A stretch of 41,700 nucleotides of DNA, from the UHGV virus genome UHGV-0188329. One strand, 5' to 3'. The stretch is from a virus. Shown one piece after another: positions 18,596-29,264 of the stretch (position 1 is its first letter; each line of letters begins with the position of its first letter). Both the position numbers and the translations under genes were made by a program. The notes below the pieces were generated by a model. That model searched no databases. It worked only from the letters and a program-made list of their open reading frames with translations, and was not told where the DNA came from.

Positions 18596-19220
18596 TAGCG
18601 TTACCGAAATAATGGATGCGCTGGAGCGCTACAGCGAAATCATCACCCCCTGGGCGACTAAGGTTGCTGAGAGCTTCACCGCCGACATTGCGCGCCAGAA
18701 TGAAAAGCAGTGGCGTCAACACAGCCGGAACATCAGCGCAGAGCTGCGCAACATGGTTGACCGCGCCCCGGTAGGCCAGGTGATGAAATCCATCGTCGCC
18801 GAGCAAATTAAGTACATCAAATCTCTGCCTCTTGAGGCCGCCGATCGGGTGTATGACATTCAGAACAAGGCCATCGAGGCTGTAGTAACTGGTGGCCGCG
18901 CTGAGCCATTCGCGAAAGAGATAGCTGCTTCCGGTGACGTGTCACGCTCACGAGCGAACCTTATCGCCCGGACTGAGCTTGGGCGCGCAACCGGTGCACT
19001 GGATCAGGCGCGTGCGCTGTCAATCGGCTCGAATGGTTATATCTGGCGTACAGCCGAAGATGGCGACGTCCGGCATTCTCATCGAGAGATGGAAGGGAAG
19101 TTTGTCGAATGGGGCAAACCTCCAACGCTTGACGGCATGACCGGTCACGCTGGCGAGCTCCCGAACTGCCGCTGTTACAAAGAAATCGTCTTCCCCAACC
19201 CTCATTCTTATCTCGCCTGA
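18447..19220 (+). CDS. Head morphogenesis protein (Mu F / SPP1 gp7-like); start uncertain
   Basis: C-terminal GYIWRTAEDGDVRHSHREMEG ... NCRCY motif typical of MuF-like minor head proteins; ORF-track start overlaps portal by 149 nt, true start may be internal. Confidence 0.6.
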   Translation: MPKTKRRQASANLATNRQSRQAEIRYRTSLRQIARAVGDIVNGRYDGSNDSVTEIMDALERYSEIITPWATKVAESFTADIARQNEKQWRQHSRNISAELRNMVDRAPVGQVMKSIVAEQIKYIKSLPLEAADRVYDIQNKAIEAVVTGGRAEPFAKEIAASGDVSRSRANLIARTELGRATGALDQARALSIGSNGYIWRTAEDGDVRHSHREMEGKFVEWGKPPTLDGMTGHAGELPNCRCYKEIVFPNPHSYLA

Positions 19221-19234
19221 ATCGCAGGTAAACC

Positions 19235-20455
19235 ATGAAATATTTTTTCAATACCCGACTGGGGGAAACCCGCTATCAGCTGGCTGACGGCTCTCTGTTG
19301 TGCAGAGACGTGCCGATAGGACGAACAGGTAAGCAGCTCTATGGTGCTGATGACCTGCCAAACCTCAAACCCGACAAGCTCGGTGAGATAGTCGTAACGC
19401 GTTCTCCTGAGCAGGTATTCCATCCGGCCACGCTCGCCTCATTCGAAGGGATGAGCATCACGATCCTGCATCCTGAAGATGAAAACGGGAATGTGCGGCT
19501 GGTAAATCCCGAGAACTGGAAAGAGCTTGCTGTCGGGCACCTCCAGAATGTCCGGCGCGGGACGGGTGAGCAGTCTGATTTGATGCTGGCTGACCTTATC
19601 GTCAAAGACGAAAACGCCATTCAGCTTATCGAAGATGGCCTGCGTGAAGTGTCGTGCGGCTATGACGCGGAGTACGAGCAGGCCGAGCCAGGTAAAGCCG
19701 AGCAGGTCGATATTACCGGAAACCATGTGGCTCTTGTCCCTAAAGGCAGAGCCGGAAATCGTTGTGCAATTGGAGACAGAGACACAATGGCAAATCAAAA
19801 GAAAAGCTGGTGGACCCGCATGCGCACGGCCATCAAAACGGGTGACGCTGACACCATGAACGAACTGGTGGAGTCGGCTCCCGCATCGGTTACAGGAGAT
19901 GAGGGGGATTTGCCGCAGGGCGTTAATCTCAACATCAACCTGTCCCCGCAGCAACCATTGCCGGACAAAAAGCCGGAAATGGGCGGAGAGCCAACCGGCG
20001 ACGGCGAGGACGATATCAAAACCTTGCTTAAAGCCCTGCTGGCTAAGCTGGAAGGAAATGCGACGGGCGATAACGACAATAAGCCTGACGATAATCCGAC
20101 CGGTGACGGCGAGGACGATGAAGAGGAAACCACGATTACTGGTGACTCAGCCTGGCGTGCCGAGGTTATCGTCCCAGGTATCGATCTGAGCCGTAAGGTG
20201 AAACCGACCGCGTTCAAACGTGATGTGCTGGCTTCCGCTGACAAAACGCTGGTTCGCCAGATAGTCGGCGATGCGGATATCCGCAAATTGCCGAAACAAT
20301 CGGTCAACATGGCGTTTAATGCCGTGTCAGAGATTGCCAAAGGGCGAAACACCCGCAGCACCACGGGCGATGCACAACGTCCAAATATGGGCATGACCAG
20401 CATCGCTTCCCTGAACAAACAAAACGCCGACTTCTGGTCTAACCGCAAAGGATAA
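19235..20455 (+). CDS. Putative scaffold/prohead protein with acidic repeats
   Basis: 406 aa between MuF-like and capsid genes; repeated PTGDGEDD motifs. Confidence 0.45.
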   Translation: MKYFFNTRLGETRYQLADGSLLCRDVPIGRTGKQLYGADDLPNLKPDKLGEIVVTRSPEQVFHPATLASFEGMSITILHPEDENGNVRLVNPENWKELAVGHLQNVRRGTGEQSDLMLADLIVKDENAIQLIEDGLREVSCGYDAEYEQAEPGKAEQVDITGNHVALVPKGRAGNRCAIGDRDTMANQKKSWWTRMRTAIKTGDADTMNELVESAPASVTGDEGDLPQGVNLNINLSPQQPLPDKKPEMGGEPTGDGEDDIKTLLKALLAKLEGNATGDNDNKPDDNPTGDGEDDEEETTITGDSAWRAEVIVPGIDLSRKVKPTAFKRDVLASADKTLVRQIVGDADIRKLPKQSVNMAFNAVSEIAKGRNTRSTTGDAQRPNMGMTSIASLNKQNADFWSNRKG

Positions 20456-20459
20456 TCCA

Positions 20460-20963
20460 ATGACTGCATATCTGTACCGGATGCCTGTTGGCATTGCCGG
20501 GGCTATCTCTCGCCCGCAGGACTTAACCGTCGAACCGGTGGTCCTTAAATCCGATAACGCCTTTGCTGCCTATGGGCTGGCTGGTAAATACGATGATGAC
20601 GGTTTTTTCGTGCCGCTGGAGGACGGTGACACCGCCGACAAGGTGAAGGGGATCTACGTTCGTCCGTATCCGACCACTTCGCAGCCGGACATGGTTCTCC
20701 AGGTGGGGACGGATAAGAATTTCCCGGGCGACGCCATGAAACGTGGCTACATGACCGTTAACCTTGGATCTGGCTTCGATGCCAGCACCATCAAAAAAGG
20801 TGATCCTGTCTACGTGGTCGTTTCGCTCGATTCAACCATTGACGTGCCGCTGGGCGGCTTCATGTCCACGTCCGTCAGTGGCAAAAACGTGGCGCTGACC
20901 AACGCCGAATTCACAGGGGCCGGTGACGCTAACGGCAATGCAGAAATCTCCTGGAAGATTTAA
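20460..20963 (+). CDS. Putative head structural/decoration protein
   Basis: 167 aa immediately upstream of major capsid gene. Confidence 0.4.
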   Translation: MTAYLYRMPVGIAGAISRPQDLTVEPVVLKSDNAFAAYGLAGKYDDDGFFVPLEDGDTADKVKGIYVRPYPTTSQPDMVLQVGTDKNFPGDAMKRGYMTVNLGSGFDASTIKKGDPVYVVVSLDSTIDVPLGGFMSTSVSGKNVALTNAEFTGAGDANGNAEISWKI

Positions 20964-20974
20964 GGAACAGACGA

Positions 20975-21916
20975 ATGATTACTTTTGATCAGGCAACCGT
21001 TGATAGCTCTGGTGCCTTTCTCATCGGGGAGCTGGAGCGACTCGACCAGACGCTGAACCTGCCGCTGGTGGGTTACACCTGGACCCGCGATATTCAGCTG
21101 CGTGAAGACGTTTCTATCGCAGATGACATTTCCAGCTGGACTAACACCAGCTTTGGCGCTGCGGGTACTGGCGCAAATCCGAACGGTAAAAACTGGGTAG
21201 GCAAAGACTCAACCGCTATTGCTGGCGTGAACGTGGATATCGGCAAATCCGGTAACCCGCTGAACCTGTGGGGGATGGAACTTGGCTGGACCGTTGTAGA
21301 GCTGGCAGCAGCTCAGCAGGTAGGTCGCCCGATTGACACCCAGAAGTACGACGGGATGCAGCTCAAATGGCAGATGGACAACGACGAGCAGGTGTATGTT
21401 GGCGATTCCGCATTAAACCTGAAAGGCCTTGTTACCCTGAACGGTGTTCCTGTCAACAACGCTGCCAAAACGTGGGCAACCTCAACACCGGACGAAATCC
21501 GCGCAAGCATTAACCAGGTGCTGTCTGATGCGTGGGCCGCTTCTGGTTACTCTGTGGTTCCGCGTGATTTGCTGATCCCGCCAGAGCAGTTTGCTCTGTT
21601 GTCCAGCATCATCGTTTCATCTGCGGGTAACCAGTCCCTGTTGACGTACCTTCAGACCAACACCATCAGCTATCACCAGAACGGTGTTCCGCTGAATATC
21701 CGCGCGGTTAAATGGCTGAAAGGCCGTGGTGTGGGGAATAAGGATCGCATGGTTGCGTACACCAACGATAAAAAATACGTCCGCTATCCGCTGGTGCCGT
21801 TGCAGAGCGTTCCTATCCAGTATCGCGGTCTGTATCAGATTGCGACCTACTACGGCAAGCTGGGTGCGGTTGAGCCAGTGTACAAAGAAACCATTTCGTA
21901 CGTTGATGGCATTTAA
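20975..21916 (+). CDS. Major capsid protein (putative)
   Basis: 313 aa; position after scaffold-like genes in head module. Confidence 0.6.
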   Translation: MITFDQATVDSSGAFLIGELERLDQTLNLPLVGYTWTRDIQLREDVSIADDISSWTNTSFGAAGTGANPNGKNWVGKDSTAIAGVNVDIGKSGNPLNLWGMELGWTVVELAAAQQVGRPIDTQKYDGMQLKWQMDNDEQVYVGDSALNLKGLVTLNGVPVNNAAKTWATSTPDEIRASINQVLSDAWAASGYSVVPRDLLIPPEQFALLSSIIVSSAGNQSLLTYLQTNTISYHQNGVPLNIRAVKWLKGRGVGNKDRMVAYTNDKKYVRYPLVPLQSVPIQYRGLYQIATYYGKLGAVEPVYKETISYVDGI

Positions 21917-21957
21917 CAGCCACATGGCCCCCTGGCGGGGCCATTAAGGATGACCCG

Positions 21958-22179
21958 ATGGCAAAAAATAATGCAGTAATACACGTACATACCCCGTTTG
22001 TGCTCACGCTTCCCGACGGTTCGCGGCGCGAGTTTGTTAAAGGCCGTCATGCAGTGGAGGAAGACGTTGCCACGCACTGGTTCACTCGTGCGCACGCGGA
22101 AGTATCCGTTGGCAAAGCCACAGACGCGCGTAACGAGGTAAAAAATGCCAAAGAATCAAAGTCTGCCAGCGGTAAGTGA
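21958..22179 (+). CDS. Hypothetical head-tail joining region protein (73 aa)
   Basis: ORF after capsid gene, overlapping next gene. Confidence 0.3.
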   Translation: MAKNNAVIHVHTPFVLTLPDGSRREFVKGRHAVEEDVATHWFTRAHAEVSVGKATDARNEVKNAKESKSASGK

Positions 22180-22552
22180 TTTTCGCCGCGACTTCCCGCA
22201 GTTTGCTGACCCTGCCAAATATCCCGAAGCGCAAATCCAGTTTCGTCTGAATCTGGCCGATGAACTGCTGAGCGAAAACGTCACCGGCAAAGATTTGTTT
22301 CCGTACTTTGCCGGGTTGTTCGTGGCTCACTACATGACGCTATGGGCGGCAGATAGTCGGGCAATGCTGGTTGGCGGCCCGGGCGGTTCAACCAATGGTG
22401 TTCAATCCTCCAAGTCCGTTGACAAGGTAAGCGTCAGCTATGACACCAGCGCGACGCTAAACCCTGACGCAGGCTTCTGGAATAACACCCGATATGGCGC
22501 TGAATTTTATCAGCTGATCACGATGTTCGGTGCGGGCGGTCGCCAGCTATGA
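22145..22552 (+). CDS. Putative head-tail connector/adaptor protein
   Basis: 135 aa with GAGG RBS; position between head and tail modules. Confidence 0.4.
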   Translation: MPKNQSLPAVSDFRRDFPQFADPAKYPEAQIQFRLNLADELLSENVTGKDLFPYFAGLFVAHYMTLWAADSRAMLVGGPGGSTNGVQSSKSVDKVSVSYDTSATLNPDAGFWNNTRYGAEFYQLITMFGAGGRQL

Positions 22553-23136
22553 GTTTCAAAAGCGGTGTAACAACGAGGGTGGATAACGCTCAGGCCATTC
22601 TGGATGCGCTCAGGTCGCTAACCAAAAAGGATGTGCTGGTCGGCATCCCTTCGGAAGACAGCGAGCGTGAAGATGTTCCGTTTGGTAATGCCGGGATCGG
22701 CTATGTCAACGAATACGGCTCACCAGCGCAAAACATCCCCCCACGCCCGCACCTGATCCCCGGCGTTAAATCGGTAGAAGAACAGACAGTGCCGCAGCTC
22801 AAAGCAGCGGCGCAGGCTGCGCTTGATGGTAATGCGGCGGGTGCAGAAAGAGCGCTCAACCGTGCCGGAACGCTGGCCGCTAATGGCGTCAGGCGTTACA
22901 TGACTATTACCGGCTTTACACCGCTTGCTGATAGCACCGTTGAAGCCCGCGCACGTCGAGGGCGCAAAGGGGCGAAAGCTGAGTTAGCACGCAGATCGGC
23001 AGACGGAAAGCTTAATGCTATCAACCCAGATTCTGGTCAATTGATAAGCAATGAGAATGTAAGGCCGTTGATTGATACCGGACAGTACCGCAGAGCCATT
23101 ACCCATGTTGTGAGGGATAAAGATGCCGACTCTTGA
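22549..23136 (+). CDS. Putative head completion / neck protein
   Basis: 195 aa; overlapping start and stop with neighbours. Confidence 0.4.
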   Translation: MSFKSGVTTRVDNAQAILDALRSLTKKDVLVGIPSEDSEREDVPFGNAGIGYVNEYGSPAQNIPPRPHLIPGVKSVEEQTVPQLKAAAQAALDGNAAGAERALNRAGTLAANGVRRYMTITGFTPLADSTVEARARRGRKGAKAELARRSADGKLNAINPDSGQLISNENVRPLIDTGQYRRAITHVVRDKDADS

Positions 23137-23512
23137 TGTAACAGACGTGCTTTTCGACCCCGATTTTTGCGACTTCAACCTGTGGGTAACGCGTCGCTCG
23201 CAAACGGTTGACGATGACGGGATCGGCAGTGACAGCGAAGTTAAAACGCAGTTTGCCGGGGTTGTTACTGTTGACCGCTCCCTGGAAAACCGCCGCATGC
23301 AGGCCGGGCAGGTTATCAGCGGCGCGATTCTCATCGTGACAACTGAGCGGCTGACGCAGGGGCAGACTGGCCGTGATGCCGATATCGTGACGTATCAGAA
23401 CCGTGATTATCGCGTGACATTCGTCGACCCGTATACGGCTTACGGTGCTGGCTTCGTCCAGGCTCATTGTGAATTACTGCCGTTTGATGGGGGAACGCCC
23501 ATTGAGCAATAA
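23123..23512 (+). CDS. Putative tail completion protein
   Basis: 129 aa in tightly overlapping gene series upstream of sheath. Confidence 0.4.
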   Translation: MPTLDVTDVLFDPDFCDFNLWVTRRSQTVDDDGIGSDSEVKTQFAGVVTVDRSLENRRMQAGQVISGAILIVTTERLTQGQTGRDADIVTYQNRDYRVTFVDPYTAYGAGFVQAHCELLPFDGGTPIEQ

Positions 23513-24050
23513 CACCAGCACAGAGCGCGGCTGGCTGACACCCACCAGCGGCGATCCGGCTTATGACGAAGCGCTCGACAGGCTGCTAAGCCAGTGGATG
23601 CGCAATGTTTCCGGCTTGCCGTCTGGAATGGTTCGTCCGCGCTGGCAGAAAAATCAGCCGCCACTGCCACCCGTTGAAACGAACTGGTGCGCGTTTGGCG
23701 TTACCGGGTTGCTCATTGATAACAACCCTGCATTCACCGGGCAGACTGAAGAGGGCGCTCAGCTCTGGAGGCATGAAACGTTCGAGTGCATGGCGTCGTT
23801 CTATGGTCCGGCTGGTATGTCTTATGCGTCCCGTTTTCGCGATGGTATATCTGTCCCGCAAAACAATGCTGAGCTGAACGCGCTTGGTTTATCCCTTGGC
23901 GACTATACCGCTCTGACCCCTTTCCCCGAACTTATCAACCAGCAATGGGTTCGCCGTTACGACATGACGGTGCGACTGCGCCGGAAGGTTGTCCGCGAGT
24001 ATGGCATCAAATCGCTGGTGGATGCACCAGTATCATTTTTTGGAGATTAA
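23487..24050 (+). CDS. Putative neck/tail terminator protein; start uncertain
   Basis: Internal ATG at 23487 chosen to limit overlap with the upstream gene (ORF-track start 23445). Confidence 0.35.
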   Translation: MGERPLSNNTSTERGWLTPTSGDPAYDEALDRLLSQWMRNVSGLPSGMVRPRWQKNQPPLPPVETNWCAFGVTGLLIDNNPAFTGQTEEGAQLWRHETFECMASFYGPAGMSYASRFRDGISVPQNNAELNALGLSLGDYTALTPFPELINQQWVRRYDMTVRLRRKVVREYGIKSLVDAPVSFFGD

Positions 24051-24053
24051 CCT

Positions 24054-25214
24054 ATGGCACAGGGCTTACCTGTATCCAACGTTGTAAACGTTGATGTGAT
24101 CATCTCGCCGAAAGCGGCTACTGGTCGTAACTTCGGCGCGCTGCTGATCCTCGGCTCTTCCACTGTCATTCCGGTGCAGGAACGCATTCGCCTTTATGCG
24201 TCCGTTGAGGACATTGGCGAGGACTTCGGAGTCGACAGCCCGGAATATGAAGCGGCGCAGGTTTTCTTCAGCCAGTCACCGAAGCCGACACAGGTTTATG
24301 TTGGTCGCTGGGCGAAGACGCTGAGTTCTTCCGAGAGTGGAGATACTGAAACCATCGTGCAAGCTGTTAATGCCTGCCTGCAATATACCAACTGGTATGG
24401 GCTGGTTGTCGCTGATGATGTTGTCGCTGGTGGCGATGTGCTTGATGCTGATGACGTGATTGAGGTCGCCAAACTTATTGAAGCGTCCAGCCTTAGCCGT
24501 ATCTTTGGTGTGACCTCTGCCGACGCCGAGATTATCAGCACGACTTCGACGACCGATGTTGCGTCGAAATTAAAGGCTGGCAAGTATGCCCGTACCTTTA
24601 TTCAGTATTCCACCAGCAGCCCTTACGCAGCGGTTTCTGCTTTCGGTCGTGCGTTTACTGTCAATTTCAACGGCAGCAATACCACCATTACCCTGAAGTT
24701 CAAACAGGAACCAAGCGTAACCTACGAAACGTTGACGGTAGGCCAGGCGGCTGCGGTGGATACGAAGAATGCGAACGTGTTCGTGTACTACGCCAACGAC
24801 ACGGCGATCCTGCAACAGGGTGTCATGGCGAACGGTGACTTCTTCGACGAGCGCCACGGGCTCGACTGGTTGCAGAACTACGTTCAGACCAACCTCTATA
24901 ACCTGCTTTACACCAGCACCACCAAAATTCCGCAGACTGATGCCGGTGTGACCCGTCTGCTTTCCAACGTTGAACAGTCCATGGATCAGTCCGTCACGAA
25001 CGGTCTGGTAGCGGCTGGCGTGTGGAATGGTGGACCTATCGGACAGCTGAATTCCGGCGATACGCTGACCAAAGGTTATTACGTGTATGCGCAACCTCTT
25101 TCAGAACAGGCGCAGGCCGACCGAGAAGCTCGCAAAGCACCGTTAATTCAGGTGGCCTGTAAGCTGGCTGGCGCAGTTCATTATGCCGATGTGCAGATCA
25201 ACGTGGTTCGCTAA
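24054..25214 (+). CDS. Tail sheath protein (putative, DUF3383-like)
   Basis: 386 aa immediately upstream of tube-like and chaperone genes; N-terminus [15 protein letters not shown] typical of this family. Confidence 0.55.
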   Translation: MAQGLPVSNVVNVDVIISPKAATGRNFGALLILGSSTVIPVQERIRLYASVEDIGEDFGVDSPEYEAAQVFFSQSPKPTQVYVGRWAKTLSSSESGDTETIVQAVNACLQYTNWYGLVVADDVVAGGDVLDADDVIEVAKLIEASSLSRIFGVTSADAEIISTTSTTDVASKLKAGKYARTFIQYSTSSPYAAVSAFGRAFTVNFNGSNTTITLKFKQEPSVTYETLTVGQAAAVDTKNANVFVYYANDTAILQQGVMANGDFFDERHGLDWLQNYVQTNLYNLLYTSTTKIPQTDAGVTRLLSNVEQSMDQSVTNGLVAAGVWNGGPIGQLNSGDTLTKGYYVYAQPLSEQAQADREARKAPLIQVACKLAGAVHYADVQINVVR

Positions 25215-25224
25215 GGAGCGATAA

Positions 25225-25665
25225 ATGTCAACTTATTCTTTTCTCGATGTAACCGCGTCGCTCATCGGGCCGACCGGCGTTATCGATCTTGGTCAGGGTT
25301 CTGCGAACTCTGAGGAAGGTATCACCCAGACCATGGGCGGCAACAAGAACACCATGACCATCGGTGCCGATGGCGAAGTGATGCACAGCCTGCACGCCGA
25401 TAAGTCAGGCACCATTACGGTGACGCTGCTGAAAACCTCCCCGGTGAACAAGAAGCTGTCTCTGGCGTATAACGCGCAAAGCCAGTCCTCTGCCACCTGG
25501 GGCAATAACGTGATCGTCATTCGCAACACGGCATCGGGTGATATTTCTACTGCGCGTTCGTGCGCATTCCAGAAACAGCCTGATTTCAATAACGCCAAAG
25601 AGGGCGGGACTGTTTCCTGGGTGTTCGACTGCGGCAAGATTGACCAGCTGCTCGGGGAGTTTTAA
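25225..25665 (+). CDS. Tail tube protein (putative)
   Basis: 146 aa directly after sheath-like gene. Confidence 0.55.
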   Translation: MSTYSFLDVTASLIGPTGVIDLGQGSANSEEGITQTMGGNKNTMTIGADGEVMHSLHADKSGTITVTLLKTSPVNKKLSLAYNAQSQSSATWGNNVIVIRNTASGDISTARSCAFQKQPDFNNAKEGGTVSWVFDCGKIDQLLGEF

Positions 25666-25668
25666 CGC

Positions 25669-26094
25669 ATGGAATTCGAAATTAAAGGCGTGAAATATCG
25701 CACCGCAAAGCTCAGCGTTTTCGAACAGCTGAAGGTGTCCCGCAAGCTGTTGCCGGTGCTGGCCGGGATGGTTTCTGACTTTCGGAGCGTTCAGGAGAAG
25801 ATCAGCAGCAAAGACACCGAAGGCGCGATGGCTACCATCCTGCCAAAGATTGCCAATGCTGTGTCCGATCTGAGCGATGGCGACGTGGACGCTATCCTGT
25901 TCCCCTGCCTTTCCGTTGTTTCACGCGAGCACATGAAAGGCTGGGTGCCGGTCTGCCAGCATGGCGAAATGGCGTTTGACGATATCGACCTGCTGACCAT
26001 GCTGCAACTGGTGGCGCGGGTGGTCGCCGACTCGCTGGGAAATTTTTTGCAAGGACTCCCTACCAGCGAGACGCCCACCCCGCCAGCGGAATAA
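25669..26094 (+). CDS. Tail assembly chaperone (short form)
   Basis: 141 aa between tube and tape measure genes; contains slippery heptamer near 3' end. Confidence 0.55.
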   Translation: MEFEIKGVKYRTAKLSVFEQLKVSRKLLPVLAGMVSDFRSVQEKISSKDTEGAMATILPKIANAVSDLSDGDVDAILFPCLSVVSREHMKGWVPVCQHGEMAFDDIDLLTMLQLVARVVADSLGNFLQGLPTSETPTPPAE

Positions 26095-26282
26095 CCTTCA
26101 ACAGCCTGCCGGGCGGTGAAGATTTTATTCTTCGTCCGGCGCTTGCCTTCCAGATTGACCAGAAAGACCTTAACAGCGGTGCGGTAGACCTCTGCCGCAT
26201 CGCGCTTCTCAATGACTACCTCGACATGCGCGAGGATAACGACGCCCGGGTAGATAAATGGAGAGCGGCCAATGAGCGGTAA
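26043..26282 (+). other. Programmed -1 frameshift site and extension frame for the chaperone long form
   Basis: Slippery heptamer T_TTT_TTG at 26043-26049 in the 0 frame; -1 frame open for 77 codons to a stop at 26280-26282, exactly spanning the gap to the tape measure start. Confidence 0.5.
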
Positions 26283-28353
26283 CGCAGATACGATTAAAGA
26301 TTTCCTTGTTTCGCTGGGATTCGATATCGATCAGGCTGGCGCTAATAAGTTTGAAGCCGTGCTGAAAGGCGTTACCGCGAACGTTCTGAAGGTCGGCGCG
26401 GTGGTGGAAGGCGCAGCGCTGAGCATTGTCGGATTTACCACCCAGATCGCGAATGGTCTGGATAAAATTTACTGGGCATCCCAACGGACGGGGGCCAGCG
26501 TCCAGGGCATCAAAGCGCTGGGCTATGCCGCATCGCAAACCGGTGCCAGCGCTGAGTCGGCCATGTCCTCCCTCGAAGGGCTGGCTGGCTTCATGCGTAG
26601 CAATCCGGGGGCGGAAGGGTTCCTGAACCGTCTTGGTGTCCAGACCCGCGATGCCAGCGGAAAGATGCGTGATACTGCTGCCATCTTTACTGGCGTTGGG
26701 CAAAAGCTCAACAACATGCCGTATTACCGCGCGAAGCAATACGCGCAGATGCTCGGTATCGATGAAAACACGCTGATGGCGATGCGGCGCGGCATGAATG
26801 GCTTTACCGCCGATTACCAGTCTATGCTGCAAAAGACGGGGTTCAACGCTGATAAGGCAGCCGTTCAGTCCAACAAATTCATGACGTCCATGCGCGGGCT
26901 TACGTCGCTGTTCGGCATTGTGCGGGACAAGATCGGCTCAAATCTCGCTGGTGGTCTGGCTGGTTCGCTGGACAGCCTGCGGCGGCGCATCCTCGACAAT
27001 TTCCCGAAGATTGAAGAGACGCTGACCAAAGTTATTAAGGGCGTGATCTGGCTTGCAAACGCCTTCACACGAATGGCGTGGCGGCTTATACAGGGCGCTG
27101 GCTCTGTCATTGACTGGTGGAAGCGTCTTGATGATGGCAGTAAAAATCTGCTGAAAATATTCGGTGCTCTACTGGTCGCATGGCGTCTGCTTAATTCTGC
27201 GTTCCTGAAATCCCCGATTGGAATTATCACCACACTGATTCTGGCGATCGGATTGCTGTACGACGATTACCAGACGTGGAAAGAGGGCGGTAAAAGCCTG
27301 ATTGACTGGTCCAAATGGCAGCCAGAAATTGAGCAGGCAAAGAAGGTGTTCAAGTGGCTGCGCGATAAGTTTCTGGAGCTCAAGGACAACCTCGGCGGCT
27401 GGAAAAATACGCTTACCATCCTGTTTGGCTTTCTGGCCGGTGCGAAGCTGTTCTCCATGCTCACTGGTATCGGGCGACTTGTCGCCGGATTTATGGGGCT
27501 CGGTAAGGCAATTGGCGGCTCTATTGGTGGGCTGGGTAAGCTGGCGCAGGGGATCGCTCAGTTGGCAATCAAGAATCCCTGGTTGCTTATGTTCATTCCT
27601 GCCAACAATACGCCGACCACCAGTGAAGAAATGGCGTCGATTGGCGGTATAGGCAGCAATATCGTACCTGAAAGGCAGCAGGCATATGAGGCGCTGAGAA
27701 AGGAAAATCCCGGCAAAGACTTTTTCACTGATGAGCAAATCCAGCGAAAAATTCAGGAGATGGGACTGGAGCCGGAGCAGCGAGCGCAGTCGGTTAAACG
27801 CCCACAAGCCACAGCGCAGGGCAAGGTTTTGCTCGACTGGATGGGGCCATTGTTCAATAAGCTGGAGTCTCTTTATCAGCTGCCTGCTGGCCTGTTGAAA
27901 AGCGTGGCGATCACCGAGTCGGGTGGTAACCAGTTCGCTGTGTCCGGCGCAGGCGCGAAAGGACTGTTTCAGTTTATGGATGGCACGGCGCGCGACATGG
28001 GCCTGCGTGGGAATGATGTATTCGACCCGGAAAAGTCAGCTCAGGCAGCCGCTAAGTACCTCAGCCAGCTGTTGCGGCAGAACGGCGGAGACCTTAGCAA
28101 AGCACTGGCATCATATAACTGGGGGATCGGGAATGTTAAGCGTTATGGAATGGGGCTAATGCCGCAGGAAACGCGCAACTACATTCCGAAAGTAATGAGC
28201 AATATGCCCACCAGCGCCCCGGTGATTCAGCAGGAAACGAATATTAACATCCACGGTGTTTCCGATCCGCGTGAAGCTGCCCGTTTGACTGTTGACCGTC
28301 AAAAGGGCGTGAATTCACAGTTAACCCAGCAACTCCCCGCAGGACCGAGATAA
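26272..28353 (+). CDS. Tail tape measure protein with C-terminal lytic transglycosylase (SLT) domain
   Basis: 693 aa; hydrophobic central segments; SLT motif ESGGNQFAVSGAGAKGLFQFMDGTARDMG. Confidence 0.75.
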   Translation: MSGNADTIKDFLVSLGFDIDQAGANKFEAVLKGVTANVLKVGAVVEGAALSIVGFTTQIANGLDKIYWASQRTGASVQGIKALGYAASQTGASAESAMSSLEGLAGFMRSNPGAEGFLNRLGVQTRDASGKMRDTAAIFTGVGQKLNNMPYYRAKQYAQMLGIDENTLMAMRRGMNGFTADYQSMLQKTGFNADKAAVQSNKFMTSMRGLTSLFGIVRDKIGSNLAGGLAGSLDSLRRRILDNFPKIEETLTKVIKGVIWLANAFTRMAWRLIQGAGSVIDWWKRLDDGSKNLLKIFGALLVAWRLLNSAFLKSPIGIITTLILAIGLLYDDYQTWKEGGKSLIDWSKWQPEIEQAKKVFKWLRDKFLELKDNLGGWKNTLTILFGFLAGAKLFSMLTGIGRLVAGFMGLGKAIGGSIGGLGKLAQGIAQLAIKNPWLLMFIPANNTPTTSEEMASIGGIGSNIVPERQQAYEALRKENPGKDFFTDEQIQRKIQEMGLEPEQRAQSVKRPQATAQGKVLLDWMGPLFNKLESLYQLPAGLLKSVAITESGGNQFAVSGAGAKGLFQFMDGTARDMGLRGNDVFDPEKSAQAAAKYLSQLLRQNGGDLSKALASYNWGIGNVKRYGMGLMPQETRNYIPKVMSNMPTSAPVIQQETNINIHGVSDPREAARLTVDRQKGVNSQLTQQLPAGPR

Positions 28354-28955
28354 TGGATATTTTATCAGCGATTTTTCGCCAGCAATCCCGGCGAATTGGC
28401 CTGCTGATCCCCAGCGTGGTCGTCTCCGAAAAGCATTCTGATGCGCTCGAAATTACTGAGCATCCGGTGGAGAAGCCAACAACGAATAGCGCGTCGGGTT
28501 TCATCGCCGATCATGCGTATAAGCGTCCCAGCGAAGTCACAATGGAATGCGGCTTCGCTGGTGGCGGTTCGTTGCTGGACTTCATCGATACATCTTCAAT
28601 CGGCCTCAGCGCCGGACTGAGCCCGAAAGAGACTTATCAGCAATTGCTGGATCTCCAGTCCTCTCGGGTGCCGTTCGATGTGGTGACTGGCAAGCGGGTG
28701 TACAGCAATATGCTGGTGCGCGCCATCGAGGTGACGACCGATAAAACCAGCGAGAACGTGCTGAACTGCACGCTTACCCTGCGTGAAGTCATCATAACGC
28801 AGACAAAAAATGTCACCGTTGCAGATAAATCAGATATGCAGGATGGCGTCAGCACATCGGCGGTGCAGAATTCCGGGATGAAATCCACTACACCGCCAAA
28901 CGAATCCTTGCTGAGCCAGCTGGGCGGAAGCGTTACATCAGCATTCGGGGGATGA
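28353..28955 (+). CDS. Putative tail/baseplate protein
   Basis: 200 aa immediately after tape measure. Confidence 0.4.
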   Translation: MDILSAIFRQQSRRIGLLIPSVVVSEKHSDALEITEHPVEKPTTNSASGFIADHAYKRPSEVTMECGFAGGGSLLDFIDTSSIGLSAGLSPKETYQQLLDLQSSRVPFDVVTGKRVYSNMLVRAIEVTTDKTSENVLNCTLTLREVIITQTKNVTVADKSDMQDGVSTSAVQNSGMKSTTPPNESLLSQLGGSVTSAFGG

Positions 28956-28956
28956 T

Positions 28957-29262
28957 ATGCAGTTTAACGAAATACCGCTTTCTCCTGACAATCAGCAGTT
29001 CCGCGTTTTGCTGGGCAATACCACGTATACACTCAGGATCATCTGGCGTGATGCGGCTGGCTGGATTATGGACGTGATGGATAGCGGCGGTGCTGCGCTT
29101 CTTTCTGGCGTACCTCTCCTGACCGGCGTGAACCTATTACGACAATATCCACAGCTTGGCATTGATGGCGCGCTGGTGGTGGCGACCGATAAGGGCGCAC
29201 CAGACGAGCCCACCAAAACCAACCTCGGCACATACAGCCACCTCATTTTCGTACAGGAGTAG
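28957..29262 (+). CDS. Putative baseplate protein (101 aa)
   Basis: Small ORF in baseplate cluster. Confidence 0.4.
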   Translation: MQFNEIPLSPDNQQFRVLLGNTTYTLRIIWRDAAGWIMDVMDSGGAALLSGVPLLTGVNLLRQYPQLGIDGALVVATDKGAPDEPTKTNLGTYSHLIFVQE

Positions 29263-29264
29263 AA

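Noticed and set aside
26209-26832. 207-aa minus-strand ORF
   Set aside because: Lies entirely antisense to the tape measure and chaperone frameshift region; no RBS context; typical antisense artefact
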